Source: Felis catus (Eukaryota). Taken from it: DNA of 64,000 nucleotides. The notes below the pieces were generated by a model. The model saw nothing but the letters and a program-made list of their open reading frames with translations. It was not told the origin of the DNA and did no database searches. Where the stretch lies: the NCBI RefSeq assembly GCF_018350175.1, contig NC_058368.1:172858001-172922000 (forward strand), given 5' to 3'. Of this stretch, positions 37,825 through 52,215 are shown one piece after another (position 1 is the first letter of the stretch; the number at the start of each line of letters is the position of its first letter). The position numbers and the translations under genes are program-made.

Positions 37825-40800
37825 TAAGAGTAAAGTTAAACTTTACTTTACAGTAATTTTTCTATATACAAAGAATTACAGTACATGTTTATGGGGACTC
37901 CTACAGGGCTCCCCTCTTTTTCACTAAGAGTTTCACTTACAGCTGACCATCTATGGGGGGAGGGGGCAAAAGACCAGTGATGGACCTCAGCCGACACCCC
38001 CCCACACACCCCTTTCTTAAAAATATAGAGATCTCTATTGTCAGCTTGTTTCTTTGCCAAGACTTAGCTGCTCTTCCATGAGCTCCTGTGTGCTGCACTC
38101 ATCCATCTTCAACACACTCCTCTACATGCACACACAGGCAGCACCCACCTTGGACCTGGAGACCGCCTGTTCTCTGCCCCTCCCCTGGAAGTTTAAAGCA
38201 CCAGGACCATTCACTTCTGCTCCTACTCCCTGGGCTCATCTCCTGTCCACAAAGCTTTACTGGACTTCCAGCGTGTTACACCTGAAGCCCCTCAATAGCC
38301 TGAAGTTTTGAAAGCCATGGGAAAGCAGCTCCAGAGAAGGGACCATGTAAGAGTTTAACATGATTTTGCTTATGCTGGTAGGAAACATTTCTTCTCAGGC
38401 GGTGGATTTCTAATTAAAATAAACTCTTTCCACCTCCTTAAGAAATATTACCCTTAGTCTTCATAAGCAATAGAGGTGCTCCCATGAGAGTGGAAGAGGT
38501 AGAGAGGGGCAGAAGGTAACCGAAGGAGAACCCCACAGTAGGAGCTCTCTACCAACCTGTCCTAGGCAGTGTGGACGGAGGCTACACCAGGTGACAAGGT
38601 GACACCAGCCCTGAGAAACTCAATGACCACCCTCGTCTGGATACAGCATCTCTTCCATTTAGGACTGCGCTGAACCACTCCAGGGTTGGGTGCAGGATTC
38701 ACTGAGGCTCTGCCTTCTCTTATAGAGCCTCAAAGAAACCATTCCACATGAAATTTCTTCCTCCCAAACAGGAACCCGGGTTTCTCAAGTCACCAGTCCC
38801 TCACCCCTTGGCAGTGCTTATTTATACCAGAAAATTAGCACCATCATTACATTTTTTTGTGTGTGTTCAAAGCAATTATCTATTCTTATTTCAATTGTAC
38901 TACAGCCACCTCTGGCCCTGCTGCACTGGCCCTAGGAAGCTCAGCTGAGAGCTCACTGGCTGTAGCCAACGAAAGTCTCATGCAGCAGCTACCTAGCTCT
39001 AAGTGATCTGGAATGTCTAGCACATGAAGCAGCCCAAGCATTATTCAGCAGGAAAAGGGGCTGTGGCAGCTCCTTTCTTGTCATGATCTCAGGTTAGGAC
39101 ACTGGGTCACTCTGACCTCCTGGTTGACAAACCCCAAGAGGATGACGATATCCCCCAAAAAGCCTCAGGAGAAAACCCACTTTCTAAGAGCTGAGGGCAA
39201 AATCCATCCACATTTAGTGCTTTCCTGATTCCTCTCCACAGGGGAAGCTGCCAGGACCAGACTTCCTTCCTGCCATTCTGTTCTCATGATGTGACGTGGG
39301 AGTCCAGCTCCAGTAAGTAGATGCTGCTGAGCCTGGAAAAGGATCGCTGATGCACTTCGTGCCCTGACTGTAGTGTGGGGTAGAGAATGTGAAGATAAAA
39401 TAATTATTTCCATCAATGCTAAAGATGCAGATTTGGTAGTTTTTCATTAGAGGATCAACACAGTGATTTAAATCACCTCAAACTCAGTAACTTCAGGGGG
39501 AAGCAGACATTTAAAAACCTGGGATGCTTCTGTAGCAATGACAGCTATTTTGCTATTACAATGGGTTTGCTCCAGGAGAAGCAAATGAGGCTTTGAATTC
39601 AAATTTCAACAGTTTTTCTGACTTAACAGGGCTAGGAGACATATTGGTTCTTTAGCTACCTATGGAAGCCAGCCATGGCTTCCCCCTCTGAAACATTTCC
39701 TGAGGACTGGCTTAGAGGCAGACGCTTTTGAGATCCTGATTTCCAGGCCCTTGGCCAAATACCAAAATACCATCCTGCACAAAGATCAGGAGTTTCTAAG
39801 AGAAAAGCTTTCAACTGCCAATTCACGCCCTCTGGAAAAAAGGTCTCAGTACAAGACTCCACGAGAGTCCCCAAGGGCTGGCAAGGTCACTCCCTCACCA
39901 CTGTCCTTCATGCAAGGGTCTCAATTTCCCAACAGTCCAGTCCTTCTAACTCTGCTTCTAATTGTATGGTGACTGCTTTCATGATGTTAACAATCTGGTA
40001 TCAGATGCTGCTATCAGTGGACCTGATAGCTCAATTTCTAGTTTCCATTCCACCTAAGAGTCTTTCAGTAACCCTCACAAAAGCCTGGCTGTCCATCCAT
40101 TTAGATAAAGAACTGTCACCATCCCCCACCCCAAGCACAACTCAAAAGTTGTTTTCCCAGGCAAGTCTGGAAGGAAGTTTCCAGTAAATGGTGGAGAATG
40201 GAAAGAACCAAAACAAAATCACAAAGTGGCCAATCATGGCCCACCTTTCCCTTAACTCCTTGTCCTAGAGCGGCTGTCAAGTCAATTACCTACCAAAGCC
40301 TACTTCAGAGAAGCTATTTAAGGATCAAACTTCTCCACTTAAAATTTTTTTACATAGCCTGCACATACCCCGCCCCCCCCCAAATTCACAGTTTATTTCA
40401 TGAAACAAAGAGCTACGGTAATTTAACACACAACATAGTGAAAGGAGATTCTGACAGTGCAGTGCGAATATCTTTTTCTGATCACAACTACTGATGACAG
40501 GAGAGAAAAGGGCACAGGACTGGCACCAAGCAAACCCTACTCATACAGCCTAAGAGATTAGGGAAAGGGACCTACTAGCTGCAGTTATATACTTATTATT
40601 CTCACACATGATAAATACTTAATATAGTGAACTTTAATGTTCTGGGTGGATTTCTTTAAAAATATCTTTTCCATGGTTTAAAATTTTTTTTAAAAGAAAA
40701 TAAGATGCTTTGTTTTCTCTTCCTTTTGAATAAAGAGCATTTCCTCTCTCATGATGTGGGAAGAGAGGATGAAAAGGGGAGAACTAGGCAGGTGGAATTT

Positions 40801-42583
40801 ACAGAGGAGATTCCGAGGTCTAAGTGAGATGCAGAGGTATGCCCCTAAACTTGGGACAGCCCTGCCCAGCCTCGTACCTCTGCCTGAGTTCAAGTGTCTC
40901 ATCCCGAGACAGACTTTGGGAAATAGATGCAAATTCTTCTTTTAATCTTTATATAAAGCGCAAATGCTTCTGTAACTATTGTTCCCTCCTTAGAAATGAT
41001 ATGGGTAACCTCAATAGGAACTTAGGAGGAGGAAATTGGGACAAAATACAGAATCCTGTTGAGGGTGTAAAAGCCATAACTGAGACAGAATGGCCGGGAG
41101 ACATTTGGGCCAGGAGATGGCCTGTTGGCTAAAGCTGCTGGCTAAGTTGGCAAAGCAGAGAGGTAAACGTTTGGTCTAGGGACAAAGGAGGAGTGAGTGA
41201 ATGGGAAGGAACTGGCCAAACAGCACTTCCTGTTGGCAGTTGGTGAGCTGGGTGAATAGTAGGGCAGGGTAGCACCAACAGATTTCCCAGCCCTTGGGCC
41301 CCAGCTCAGGGCAGCAGTAACAGATAATCAGCAGTTATGAGGAATCATCTCTCAGACTGGACATTGCTCTAAACACCATATCTTGCCAGTCATAGGGGAA
41401 GGGTTCTGGCTTGCCTTTGAACTAAGTCAGCAGGCAGGTGCTCTCAATATAGAACACAGCAATTCTCAGGGATAGGGTGGTAGAATCTACCAGTGAAGGA
41501 GAGGACTCCCTCCATTCAGGTAGGAGGGCAAAGGATCAAAAGAGAAGTAATTTTCTATCAGGATCTGGCACTCTCCCTGAGCCGGCGGTAGATCTAGCCC
41601 AGAGCTTGCCAGAGATTCCCTATGTCCACTGCCCGACTCTGAAATCTGAAAGCACCTGAGTGTTTGGGGGGCAGGCATGGGGTGGGTTGATGTAAAAGGA
41701 GGAAAATCAGTAGAAGAGAAAGGTAAGCTTGCCAATTGCCTTCTTATACTCTGGGAAAGCTATGTCCTTGTAGAGCTCAGCCCCCACAACCAGCTACTCT
41801 GCCAAGGACAGATCTTTAGATTCTGCCCAGCCAACAGCTCCACATGGCCTTGATGCAACCCCCTCTCACCTATAGAGGAGACCTCCACATAAGGGTGTGT
41901 GCATAAATGTGCACACTCAACCAGGAGACACTTACTCAACACAACCACTTCTGGGGCCACAGAGGACATTACAAAATGAGTCTGTGGAGCCCCAGGGCCC
42001 CTCAGAACTTCCTGTTATTTCCTGGTCAAAGGTTCATGAAAACAGCCTGGGAACCCAGGCAGGCATGTTAGGCTCACAGGGATCAGGTCTTCTTTATCTC
42101 TGTATCTCCTGTCAGTGACTAGCACCTGGCCTAGCACATGTGAATGCTCAAGAAATCACCACTGATATGAATAGATGTCAGTTCCTCCCAAGTGTTCATC
42201 AGGGCCCTCAATGGGGCTCCATAGAACTAGAGAAATAGCTTCAAGAGGCCCTCTAGCTTCCAACCTAACCAGTGGAATTGAATCCCATGCTTGACTCCAG
42301 AGTGGACTTTTTATTTCAAGTTACCATGTGTAAAGGTTGGAGGAAAAAGACCCAAGTCTGTCTGTCTCCTTGGTTGGGGCCCACTTGGATTTCCATACAT
42401 GGTTTACACAACCACATGCCCCCACTGGCTAATGTCACAAGAGTTCTGAGTGTTGGGATATAAGGAAAGAATAACAGTGGGAAAGTGTTGGGGTCTGTTT
42501 TTTTAAGAGGGGAAAAGAAAGATGATTTCCCTTCCCCAAGAACCCTGGGGGCAGCTGGTCTGGTCATGTGACATTTACTCGTA
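37825..42583 (-). other. NSD1: NSD1 long 3' UTR; distal AGTAAA at 37842-37847, proximal AATAAA at 42310-42315 and 40392-40397
   Basis: Unique sequence downstream of the stop, ending in a UGUA-rich block with a variant hexamer; the exact end is inferred. Confidence 0.65.
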
Positions 42584-44214
42584 TTATTTCTGTTCTGACT
42601 CTGCACACTTGTGACTGGAAGGAGCCTGGTTAAGAGCTGGAAGTGTATTTTGCTCTGGTTTAGGGTCTTGCCCTCTTCCAAGAGACCAGCAAGTCTGTGC
42701 CAATGTCTGTGTGCTCCCAGAGGACCAGCAAGACGGTGATATTGTCTGTCCAGCCACTATGGGCCAGAGCCCTGGCCCTGGTGAGGCCTTTCCCAGGGCC
42801 CAGGGACTCTGCTCTGCGGTTGCCAACTTCTTCTCTTCAGTACAGAGGGAGGATGGGGCCTTCCCAAGAGGCCTGAAGGATTGCCCATTCTTGGCAGCAA
42901 GTCCAGGTAGTTGCTGGCCTCCAGCCATCTGCTTCACCTGCTTCATCAGGCCCGGTGCTTGACTGGGAGGCCCTGGTGTCTGCTCCACCCCTGCAGATGC
43001 TCTTCCTGAGGCCGGAGTTGTTGGCTCATATAAAAAAGCCTTGGCAGGAGCCTGAGAGAGAAGTCTGGCCTGGGTGAGTGATTTAACCGCTTGCCAGGGG
43101 TGCTCCGAAGGGACTGCTGCTTTCCCTGGTGGCTGCAGGATAGGATCTGCCACACTGCCTCTCTCTACAGCTCTCGGCATCTGCCCTAGACCTTTGCTGG
43201 CAGTCCATGAGCTTGATTCCAACACCGGCATCTTCTCATCAATCTGTGATGTGACCTCATGAGGTGAAGCAGCCCGTTCTTTCTGGTGAGGAGTTAGGTC
43301 CATGAGATCCATTACCAAAGCAGCTCTATTTTTTGACTGAGTATTCTGGTCCACGGGCCTCAGTGCTTTTTCTTTAGCTACCAGGGTCTGGACCACAGCT
43401 GATAGTACTTTGTCAGGAGGTGGGAGTCTCTGGGACAAAGAAGCATGGGATTTGTCTGGGGGCCTGTCTGAAGTCTGGGGTTTGGGACCACTGGTGACTA
43501 GCAGTCTGTCTGGAGGTGGAAGTCTTAGACCAGTAGGGACTGGGGCTTTCTCCAGTGACTGGGGCCTTGGGCTGGCAGCACCTATGGATTTATCCAGCCT
43601 TGGGTCAGCTGTCCCCAGAGGTCTTTCCAGTGGTTGGGACCTGACTGAGGGTGAGGAGCTTATGCCGGTCACTGGAGAGGGTTTGTCAGATAGTTGGGGT
43701 CTTGGTCCTGCCACTGCAGGTGGCCTGTCCAGTGGCTTCTGGCTGGATACCAAGGATTGGGGTTTGGTCCCCGACCCAGCAAGGTCCCTGACCCTATCTA
43801 CAGGCTGGGGCCTGGAGTCAGTTCTGTCAGGAGGTCTTTCAGGCAGCGGTGGCCTCTGACAAGTTCCTGCCAGAGCTTTTTTGGACAGTGACAGTGTCTG
43901 GTTGGTGTCAGCAGGCAGCTTATCCAACATCTTGGGCCCCTGAGCAGCCACTCCTGATGAATGCTCTGCCAGGTGAGTGCCTGGGCCTGGAGGCAGCGGT
44001 ACTGGGGGAGGCACATACTCACGGATCTCCCCAGGTTCCAGAGGGTTGGGCCCGCAGGGGTCATGCTCAGTACAAGACAAACGCCCATCCAACTTGGAGA
44101 TGAAGAGCATCCCTTCCCGATGCTGCTTACAAAAGGAACTGGGACACATCTCACAGAAGGAGGCTGCTTCCTTCCCACAGATGTCACACTGATGCCAAGG
44201 ACACTCCCATTTCC
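42584..44214 (-). CDS. NSD1: NSD1 last coding exon (C5HCH zinc finger plus Pro/Ser-rich tail)
   Basis: [32 protein letters not shown]...HKCAESEQK*; acceptor tttcag. Confidence 0.97.
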
Positions 44215-45810
44215 CTGAAAACACAGATGTGAAACAAACCCTTAGGAAAATAAGCAAGGTACATGAAATGGGCCATGGCTCTGAGCCTGGGTCAAAGGAG
44301 TGATTTCAAACTGCCACCTTCTGCAGATCAGGTCACTCATCCAATACCTCCCCTTGCCCCAGAATCTCAGATTCTCCTGTACAACACATAAAAATAAAAG
44401 CCAAGTACCAAGTAGCAAGTAATTATCAACTAAATATACAAGCAGAGGTAATTTCTTATTACTATGACTATTTCTATCAAGGGGGAAAAAAACCCAAATG
44501 TCCCTTTAGATAGAATGTGAAGATAGTACTTTCACAGGTTTGCAAACTCCATTTGTCTTATATAACCTTTAAAATATTCAACTCTAAGGGGATAATCTCA
44601 ATTATTTAAACTTCTGCTTATTTGGTTATATTTAGGAATAGGGAACTGATACACAACTGTGAAAAATGGGAACAGATTTTCCTTTGCTCAATTTTAAGCC
44701 TTGAAACCAGCACAAACTTTACCTATACTGTGCACACAGAACAGTGGCAAAGACCTTTACTTACCATCTATTTGCCCCCATTTCATGACACCTGAGAGTC
44801 TCTGTCATGGACAGTGTTTCTGCCTCGGCTCATAGTTTTCAAATAAACTATGCTAGCCCTGACTCCTGGCTCATAGGCAAGATCAGTTCTACTGTGGCCT
44901 GTGCCAGCTATAATCTTGAGTTATTGATTTTGAAACGATTCTCCATTTCTATTTCCTGGCGCTGACAGGTCATGTTGTGGCCTTGCCCTCACACTACCTC
45001 CATTTATATGATTTCATTACCCTAGCAACTGTACACTGAAGGAAAGCTAGTTCAGAGACAAACTCCTCTCACTCTCACCCTAAAATTCTTCTCTTTCTGC
45101 AATTCCTGGAAGCAGGCCACTAGTGACGTATAATCTCACTGGGAGTGGCTCCGTACTGCTTTCATCTCTCTGTCATCAAAAACAGACTACATATCCAAGT
45201 CCCTCAAAACTCTTCTAACTCCAAGTAACTGCTCAAAAGTTAGTGGCTTCTCCAGCTACCAATTCCCAGACACTGTCTGCCTAAGCAGCTCTCTCACGCG
45301 TTAGCTGATACAGTTGACTCTCCTTCAGAGGGGTGTAGGTGAGGGGGGCTAAAAGGGTGTCTAGTCCACAACTCACTGACTGGAATAACCCCAAACTCTA
45401 TGCTGTCTTAACCTCTCTTTCTTTAGAAAGGAAACATGGTTTAGTGGCCTTGAGGTCAGAAAACCTGGCTTTCAATCCAGCTCCTCCATCTATATGCTCT
45501 ATTGTGACAATTCATCTCACCAAACTGGACTCTCAGTTTCCTCATCTGCATCATGGGAAGGTGAAAAGGTCTCATCTTTATGGGTTGCTGGGAGGATAAA
45601 ATAACATAAATTGTAAATAAAGTGCTTTACATATAATGAGTAAGCTTCTGTTCGCTTCTCTGTAACCTAGGATTCCAAGCCTTTATTGTCATTTATTTCC
45701 AGAATGAGAACATGAACCATACCCCCTCAACGCTATGCTTGGGAAGACCAAGGGGCTGTTACAATTACGGCAGAGAACAAAGAGCACCCTAAATGGATTT
45801 TAGCACCAAC

Positions 45811-46015
45811 CTGCTGGTCGCTTGGTTAGATTGAGACAGTCAGCGTGGTAAACTTTTGGGCAGCCTGGCTTCTTGCAAGAGACGAGCTGGCCAGCATCCC
45901 CACAGCTGAAACACTCATCCTCTCTTTCCTTTGTGATTTCACCCTGGGTCCTGCGCTTCCCCTGTTGCTTCTTCTTGAATTTCTTTGACTTTTCTTCCGT
46001 GGCAATGGGTTGATT
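45811..46015 (-). CDS. NSD1: NSD1 exon (PHD5)
   Basis: NQPIATEEKSKKFKKKQQGKRRTQGEITKEREDECFSCGDAGQLVSCKKPGCPKVYHADCLNLTKRPA; AG/GT boundaries; 205 nt. Confidence 0.95.
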
Positions 46016-47771
46016 CTAGAGGTCAGATATTGAGCAGTCAGCATTCTGTCGATACATTAGTTGTATGATCTTGACCAGGTTAACTATTCTCTCTGAGCCT
46101 CAGTCTCTCCTCTGGGAAGAGACAATCCTCATAGACTGTTGTAAAGATAAGAGAAAATACAGAAAAGGCACCTGGCACATCATAGGTACCCAATAAATAG
46201 TTGCATTAATTCTAACTTTTCTATGAACTACTCCTGCCACCTGCATGAAATAAGAGAAATAAACTTTTTTGTTAACATACAAGGCTGGTATTAAAGGTTC
46301 TCCTTTTGTAAGTTTTATTTTTATGTTTGTCTGGGTATGTATGTGTGTGTGTGTGCATACAGATTTCTTAATTTATTCAACAACCCTTCACTGAGCACTT
46401 TAGTAAGAGTCACATGCTAGGAAGACACAGAAAACTAATTCATTATCCTTGCCCTCAACAAGCTATGTGCCTTCATCTATGTCAAATTAGATTCATGTCC
46501 ACTACTCCCCAAGACAGACCCTGGTGCAGCCAGCACGTCTCCTCTGTGTTCCCTGCAGCCCACACTTGCTTACCAAACCCCATGGTTTTCATCGCATTAT
46601 TTATGTTAGATTAGAAACATCCAGGATCAATTCAACTTATTACTATCTCACAGTGATCTCCCATTTCTAAACTTCTCTCAAAATTCTTTCTCACTGATTC
46701 ATGTGTGAAATGTTACATAGATGTTAAGGATGCAGAAACTGATATCCCTAGTGAATGTAACACCTTGACACTTGCATTAAACATAGTTATTATTTTGATA
46801 TATAGGGAATAAATCAACTGGACACCTTTAAGAAACAAGACCATTTAACCAACCGACTAATGAAAAAAAAATAAAGATAATTTTGTTATTTAATAAAAGA
46901 ATATTTTGTGGGTGTTCATCATCTTCATGTGTTTTTGAACCCCTTTAGTTATTGGTTTCTATGCTAATTTGCATTTTTCAGTTCTTAATATTGACTTCTA
47001 TAATCAAAAAAGCATAATAGGAAATACCCAATTGGAGTCATTGTGTAGTTTACTCTTCATCAAAATTAAACTTCAATTTTCAATGTACTGTAACTTATGA
47101 TAGAGAAATCTAGATGCATGTTCATCTATTATGGTCCATCCATTATGTAAAAAATTTAACAGTCACTAAAGATGATAGTTAAGAAGACGATGTAACAGCA
47201 AGGAAAAAAATTTTATAGTATTTAAGATACAGACTTGCAAGCAATTCTTTACATTTACAGAATTGTAGATCAGTTAAAATGTACATAAAAACCCAGGAAG
47301 TAAGACACAACAATATTTATACTTTGTTAAGATGAAAAGATTAAGGGTCCTATGTTTATCTACAGTGTTATACTACATTTAGAATCTTAAATTCAATATT
47401 GGATTTTTTGATAGCTTTAAAACAGAGAGAGAGGGAGACACAGACACTAAGAATGTAAGAAGCTTATTAGGAAATGTAAGTGAGATTAGCTGAGACCAAT
47501 AAAGACATGGAAAGTAACCTACTTTACGGATTCCTATTTTACAGCTTTTTTAGCTAGAAAGGTATCACCAATTAGAAGTCAGACTGCTTAAAACACATCA
47601 ACAATACCCACAGATCAGCTCTTGTATAACCAAACTGATCATCAGAATGCTTATTTAAGTGCCAGACCCCAATGTTTTAATTCCAAAGAGACATCTTAAA
47701 GAGTCAGCCGTGCCACTGGTTAGGGAGGGAGGACCACACCATTATTCCCGATGGAAACGTTTGGAAGGTAC

Positions 47772-47878
47772 CTTTGGCCTTACACCCAAAAAGCCACTGC
47801 AGTTTGGGGCTCCACATTTGCAAACAGTCTTTCCATTCCCAAGACATTCTAGGTTGTAGTTGAAGGTAAGTTCAGTGC
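47772..47878 (-). CDS. NSD1: NSD1 exon (end of SET / post-SET)
   Basis: [36 protein letters not shown]; 107 nt. Confidence 0.95.
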
Positions 47879-47934
47879 CTGCATAAAAGACCATGAATAT
47901 ATTAACATCTATGGCTTTGATTACCTTATTTCTT

Positions 47935-48163
47935 TAAAAAAAATTTTTTTTAATGTTTGTTTATTTTTGAGAGAGAGACCGAGCAAGCGCACAAGCAAGC
48001 ATGGGGTGGAGACAGAGAGAGAGGGAGACACAGAATCTGAAGCAGGCTCCAGGCTCCAAGCTGTCAGCACATGGCCTGATGCAGGGCTGAAATGCACAAA
48101 CTGCGAGACCATGACCTGAGCTGAAGTTGGGATGCTTAATTGACTGAGCCACCCAGGTACCCC
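47935..48163 (-). mobile_element. Can-SINE
   Basis: Typical motifs. Confidence 0.88.
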
Positions 48164-48750
48164 TAATTACATTATTTCTGTATTAATCATAAAGGATACT
48201 GACTTATTAGAGAACAAAACTTTGGGAGGGTAGGAAGGGATTTATTAACTCTAACACCACTATATTAATAAATTCTAATCCTGTAAAATTATTAATCAGC
48301 AAATACACTTAATAACAGAAAAACATAAATGGCTCAGCAACTTAGTATTTAAAATAGCCTTTACTACAGAGATGTTAATTATCCCAAGTTGTTTGTTTTC
48401 TAACCCATTCAGATTCTAAATATATTAATTCATTACCAAAACCTAACAAACAACAACTCATTGTATACAGTGATTTGCTAGGTACTAGGAATGCAAGTAT
48501 GAAGAAAACACCTGTTGTTCTGTGCCAAACCTGGCAGAACTTAAGTAAGAGAGACATCTCAATACAGAGTAATGCCAGAGAACTCTATACCACAGACCTA
48601 AGATCTGGCTTTAAATCCCTGTTACCATAATCTAGCTGGGTGATCTGAGCCCTGAGTACATTTGTTAAATGAAGAAACAACAATAATCTCACAAGCTTGT
48701 TTAGAAAATTTGGCATAATGCACATAGCAGTAATTTAAAAAGAGATGTAC

Positions 48751-48975
48751 AGGGGCTCCTTAGTTGGCGCAGTCGGTTGAAGGTCTGACTCATTTTGGCT
48801 CAGATCATGACATCGTGGTTCGTGAATTCATGCTCCACATCAGGCTCTGTGCAGATGGTGAGGAGTCTGCGCCTCCCTCCCTCCCTCCCTCTCCTTGGCT
48901 CACAGGCACTCTCTCTCTCTCAAAATAAATACATGAGCTAAAACAATTAAAAAACAAAACAAAACAAAAACAAAG
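48751..48975 (+). mobile_element. Can-SINE
   Basis: Typical motifs with an (AAAAC)n tail. Confidence 0.82.
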
Positions 48976-50699
48976 GTGTACAGATTTAAGATACAAATTG
49001 TCCCCTTTCTGTCAAAAGTGCATTTTATCAGAGCAAAGAGCAAAGAAAACATACCAACATTCAAATTCAAAGCACATTAGGGAAAGCCTAACAAAATAAT
49101 TCTCTATATGTATGCAAAAGAGATTATTTCTGGGTGGGGGTAATGGTTCACCATTAACATATAAAATGATAATCATTAGGTCAAAATTATCAAATCTTAG
49201 GAAGATTTCCTATTGCAGACTGACCTATCTTCCATCAGTGAGACTAACCAATACATATAGTTTTTCATCTAATATTGAATTAATATAGATCATTATTTGC
49301 TTATTTGGCTAAGCAAATTATAAAGCAGTTGCCTTACATTTAGGGGTCCAAATGGTTCGAATCACTCATGGCCTGGTGAGGTTCACAATGTAAGGAGCTT
49401 ACAGGAACTGAGACTGACCCAGATAACAGCAGGGTTATGTCTCCCCTCTCACACCCACTGTGAAATACCACGCTGAATGATAGATAACTCTATTCATACA
49501 ATTCCATTCTTATTACACAATTTATAAGTATATAACTGAATTTTTATTAATTTAATGCACTTATAAAGCAGCTCAACCATATATATACAAAGTTTAAGAT
49601 AGCAGGATACTTGACATAACCTGCTGCTTACCCACCATCCACTATATAAACATACTGCACAGAGGATAAATCAGAAAGTACCGATACACATAAAAGAAAG
49701 ACTCATACGTTTCTAGAAAGGAGTCCAATATACAATAATCCTTGAGAGGTCTGCACTTAAGGGATGGCAAAGGGCGATGGAGAAAAGATAAACAAGGAGT
49801 ATGATACATGTAGTAGACAGAAAGTATAACAGGTATGTGAAGAATCCACAAAGCTGAATGAGATAAGGAGAGCAAGCTGAAAAGTTCAGACTCTACCTGC
49901 CAAGGCTGCAGCTCCCACAGACACTCCACGTAACACTGAGCACATTCTGTCTCATTCCCCTCATCCCACCCATGCAGACTGGAAGTCAAGTGAGAACAAG
50001 AACAAGGTCTGTGAATTCCCACACCATGCTACTTGAGCTAAGTGAATATGGGAGAAAAGAGAAGAAAAACTTGTGCCAGATTGGTAGAGGAATCTACCCC
50101 CAGGGATAAAGACTATAAAGTTCCAAGTACAAATGTACTGAAAGCAGTCAGGAGAGATTTAAGAACTAAAGTCATGTGGCTAACATTTGAGTAATTAATA
50201 CACAGGACACACCTCCAGGGTGGTTAGAAGTGCCAGACTTAAGAATTCAAGTAACACAGGTATACCATATACCTTGCATTTTTGCAAGGATTAAATTTAA
50301 TATGCTTGAACAGTGAGTGTCTGGCAGTGGTGCCAGGGGCTGAGGAGAGAGAAAATGGGGGTTAGCATTTAATGGGTGCACAGTTTCACTTGGGGAAGAT
50401 GAAAGGGTTATAGACATGGATGGAGGTGTTAGTTGCACAACAACATGAATGGATCTAATGCCACAAAATTATACACATTAAAAAATGGTTAAATGAGAAG
50501 TTTTATGTTATGTATATTTTACCATACCACCACCACCAAGAAAATACACCAAGCCAAGTACCACCTGGTAGCTGTAAGTCTTTTATATATGCTCAAGAAT
50601 TTGCAAACCTCATTTTGGGATTATGGGGCATATGGGAATTTTTAGATGCTCAAACCTGACATTCCTTTCTTAGCTCCAGAATCCTTAATTGATTCTTAC

Positions 50700-50841
50700 C
50701 TGCTTTAATGTCACTCAGGGCAAAAAGACCAACACGGGTATCTCCATTCACAGACCATTTCTGTGTTTCACAGTTGGGCTGGCAGCAATGATTCATGAAC
50801 CGAGCATAATTTCCTTTGGGACCAGCGTCAATGATTCGGTC
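50700..50841 (-). CDS. NSD1: NSD1 exon (SET domain)
   Basis: [47 protein letters not shown]; 142 nt. Confidence 0.95.
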
Positions 50842-50927
50842 CTAGAATTCCAAAAGATGCTGCTCATTAGACACTTCCTGTGTATTTTAATAAGCTAGAA
50901 TTCCTATTTGTCAAATCTGACTCTCCC

Positions 50928-51100
50928 AGGAGTGGTTCTCAAAATGTAGTCACTAATCCACATGTTACTTGCTAGAAATGCAAATTCTTGGGCTGCACCT
51001 CAGATATACTAAAGCAGAAACTTTTAGGTGGGGCCCAGCAATCTGTGTTATAACAAGCCTACTAGATGATTATGATACATGCTGAAGTTTAGGACCACTG
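50928..51100. mobile_element. MER5A-like hAT-Charlie MITE
   Basis: agtggttctcaaa...agaaatgcaaattcttgggc...gtttaggaccactg. Confidence 0.75.
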
Positions 51101-51180
51101 TCTTAGAAGCAGCAGCTTGTCCCATCCTCTCAATTAGGTAGTCCTGAACCCTGGCTACACATTAGACATCACCTAAGTAG

Positions 51181-51388
51181 GGGGCACCTGGGTGGCTCAG
51201 TTGGTTAAGCGTCTGGCTTCAGCTCAGGTCATGATCTCACAGTTCGTGGGTTTGAGCCCCATGTCAGGCTCTATGCTGACAGCTCAGAACCTGCAGCCTG
51301 CTTCAGATTCTGTGTCTCCCTCTCTTTCTGCCCCTCCCCTACTTGCACTCTCTCTCTCAAAAATAAATAAAAGTTTAAAAAAAAAAAA
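51181..51388 (+). mobile_element. Can-SINE with TSD atcacctaag
   Basis: Typical motifs and a flanking direct repeat. Confidence 0.9.
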
Positions 51389-52098
51389 TCACCTAAGCAG
51401 ATTTTAATACTGATAATGTGACCCCATCCCAAACTAAGATGTGAATATCTGGAGGTGATGATCTCATAAACCAAAGGGTTCAACTTGATAAATGTTCACA
51501 AAGTTTCACACCAGGAAAGAAATCTAACAGCCAGTGGAAGAGGTGGGGGTGGGGAGCTGGCAGACCCTAATATTCAGATACAAGGAAGAATCTGATACAC
51601 AGAAAATAAACACACTAAGATGCTAGAATCAGGAATGAGTCCCAAATAGAATTCTAGGCACCGATGAAATGAAACTCATCAGCAAATTCCTATAATTGGA
51701 AAGATGAGTTGGGTTCAGAAGCTGAGTTCTAAAATCAATTTTTAAGACCTTCTTAATGTACTAAATATTAACAAATCAGTTTCTCAATCTGTAAAGCAAA
51801 AGGGTAAAAGAATGATTACTTTGTTGGCTTCAAGTTTTAATCCTATAGGAAAAACTAAAAGACATAATATCCAAATTAAACAGTTCAAAAAGAAAGCAAA
51901 TAGCTTTGTTGCCTCTGGCAATGAATGTATACCAAGAAATGGGCAAACTGAGCTACTCCAGAACCTTAACCAAGCAATCCCCATAAATTTAAGGGAAAGA
52001 CACTATTTTGGGTGGTGAATCCATGCCTACAAACACTATGACTAGGACAATATCAATTTCACAATCTTATAACAATGGAAGTAACACAAATTACTTAC

Positions 52099-52215
52099 TT
52101 TGTCTAGGGTAAGCATATAGAAATTAGTGATATCATGTTCTTGGGCATAACGGATTCGAGCTCTGCATTCTTCTTCATCTATTAGCTCACCCACATACTC
52201 ATTCACAAATTCACC
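52099..52215 (-). CDS. NSD1: NSD1 exon (SET domain)
   Basis: [39 protein letters not shown]; 117 nt. Confidence 0.95.

Noticed and set aside
42711..44218. Several ORFs antisense or out of frame to the NSD1 last exon
   Set aside because: Shadow frames of a GC-rich coding exon; no independent splice or promoter support.
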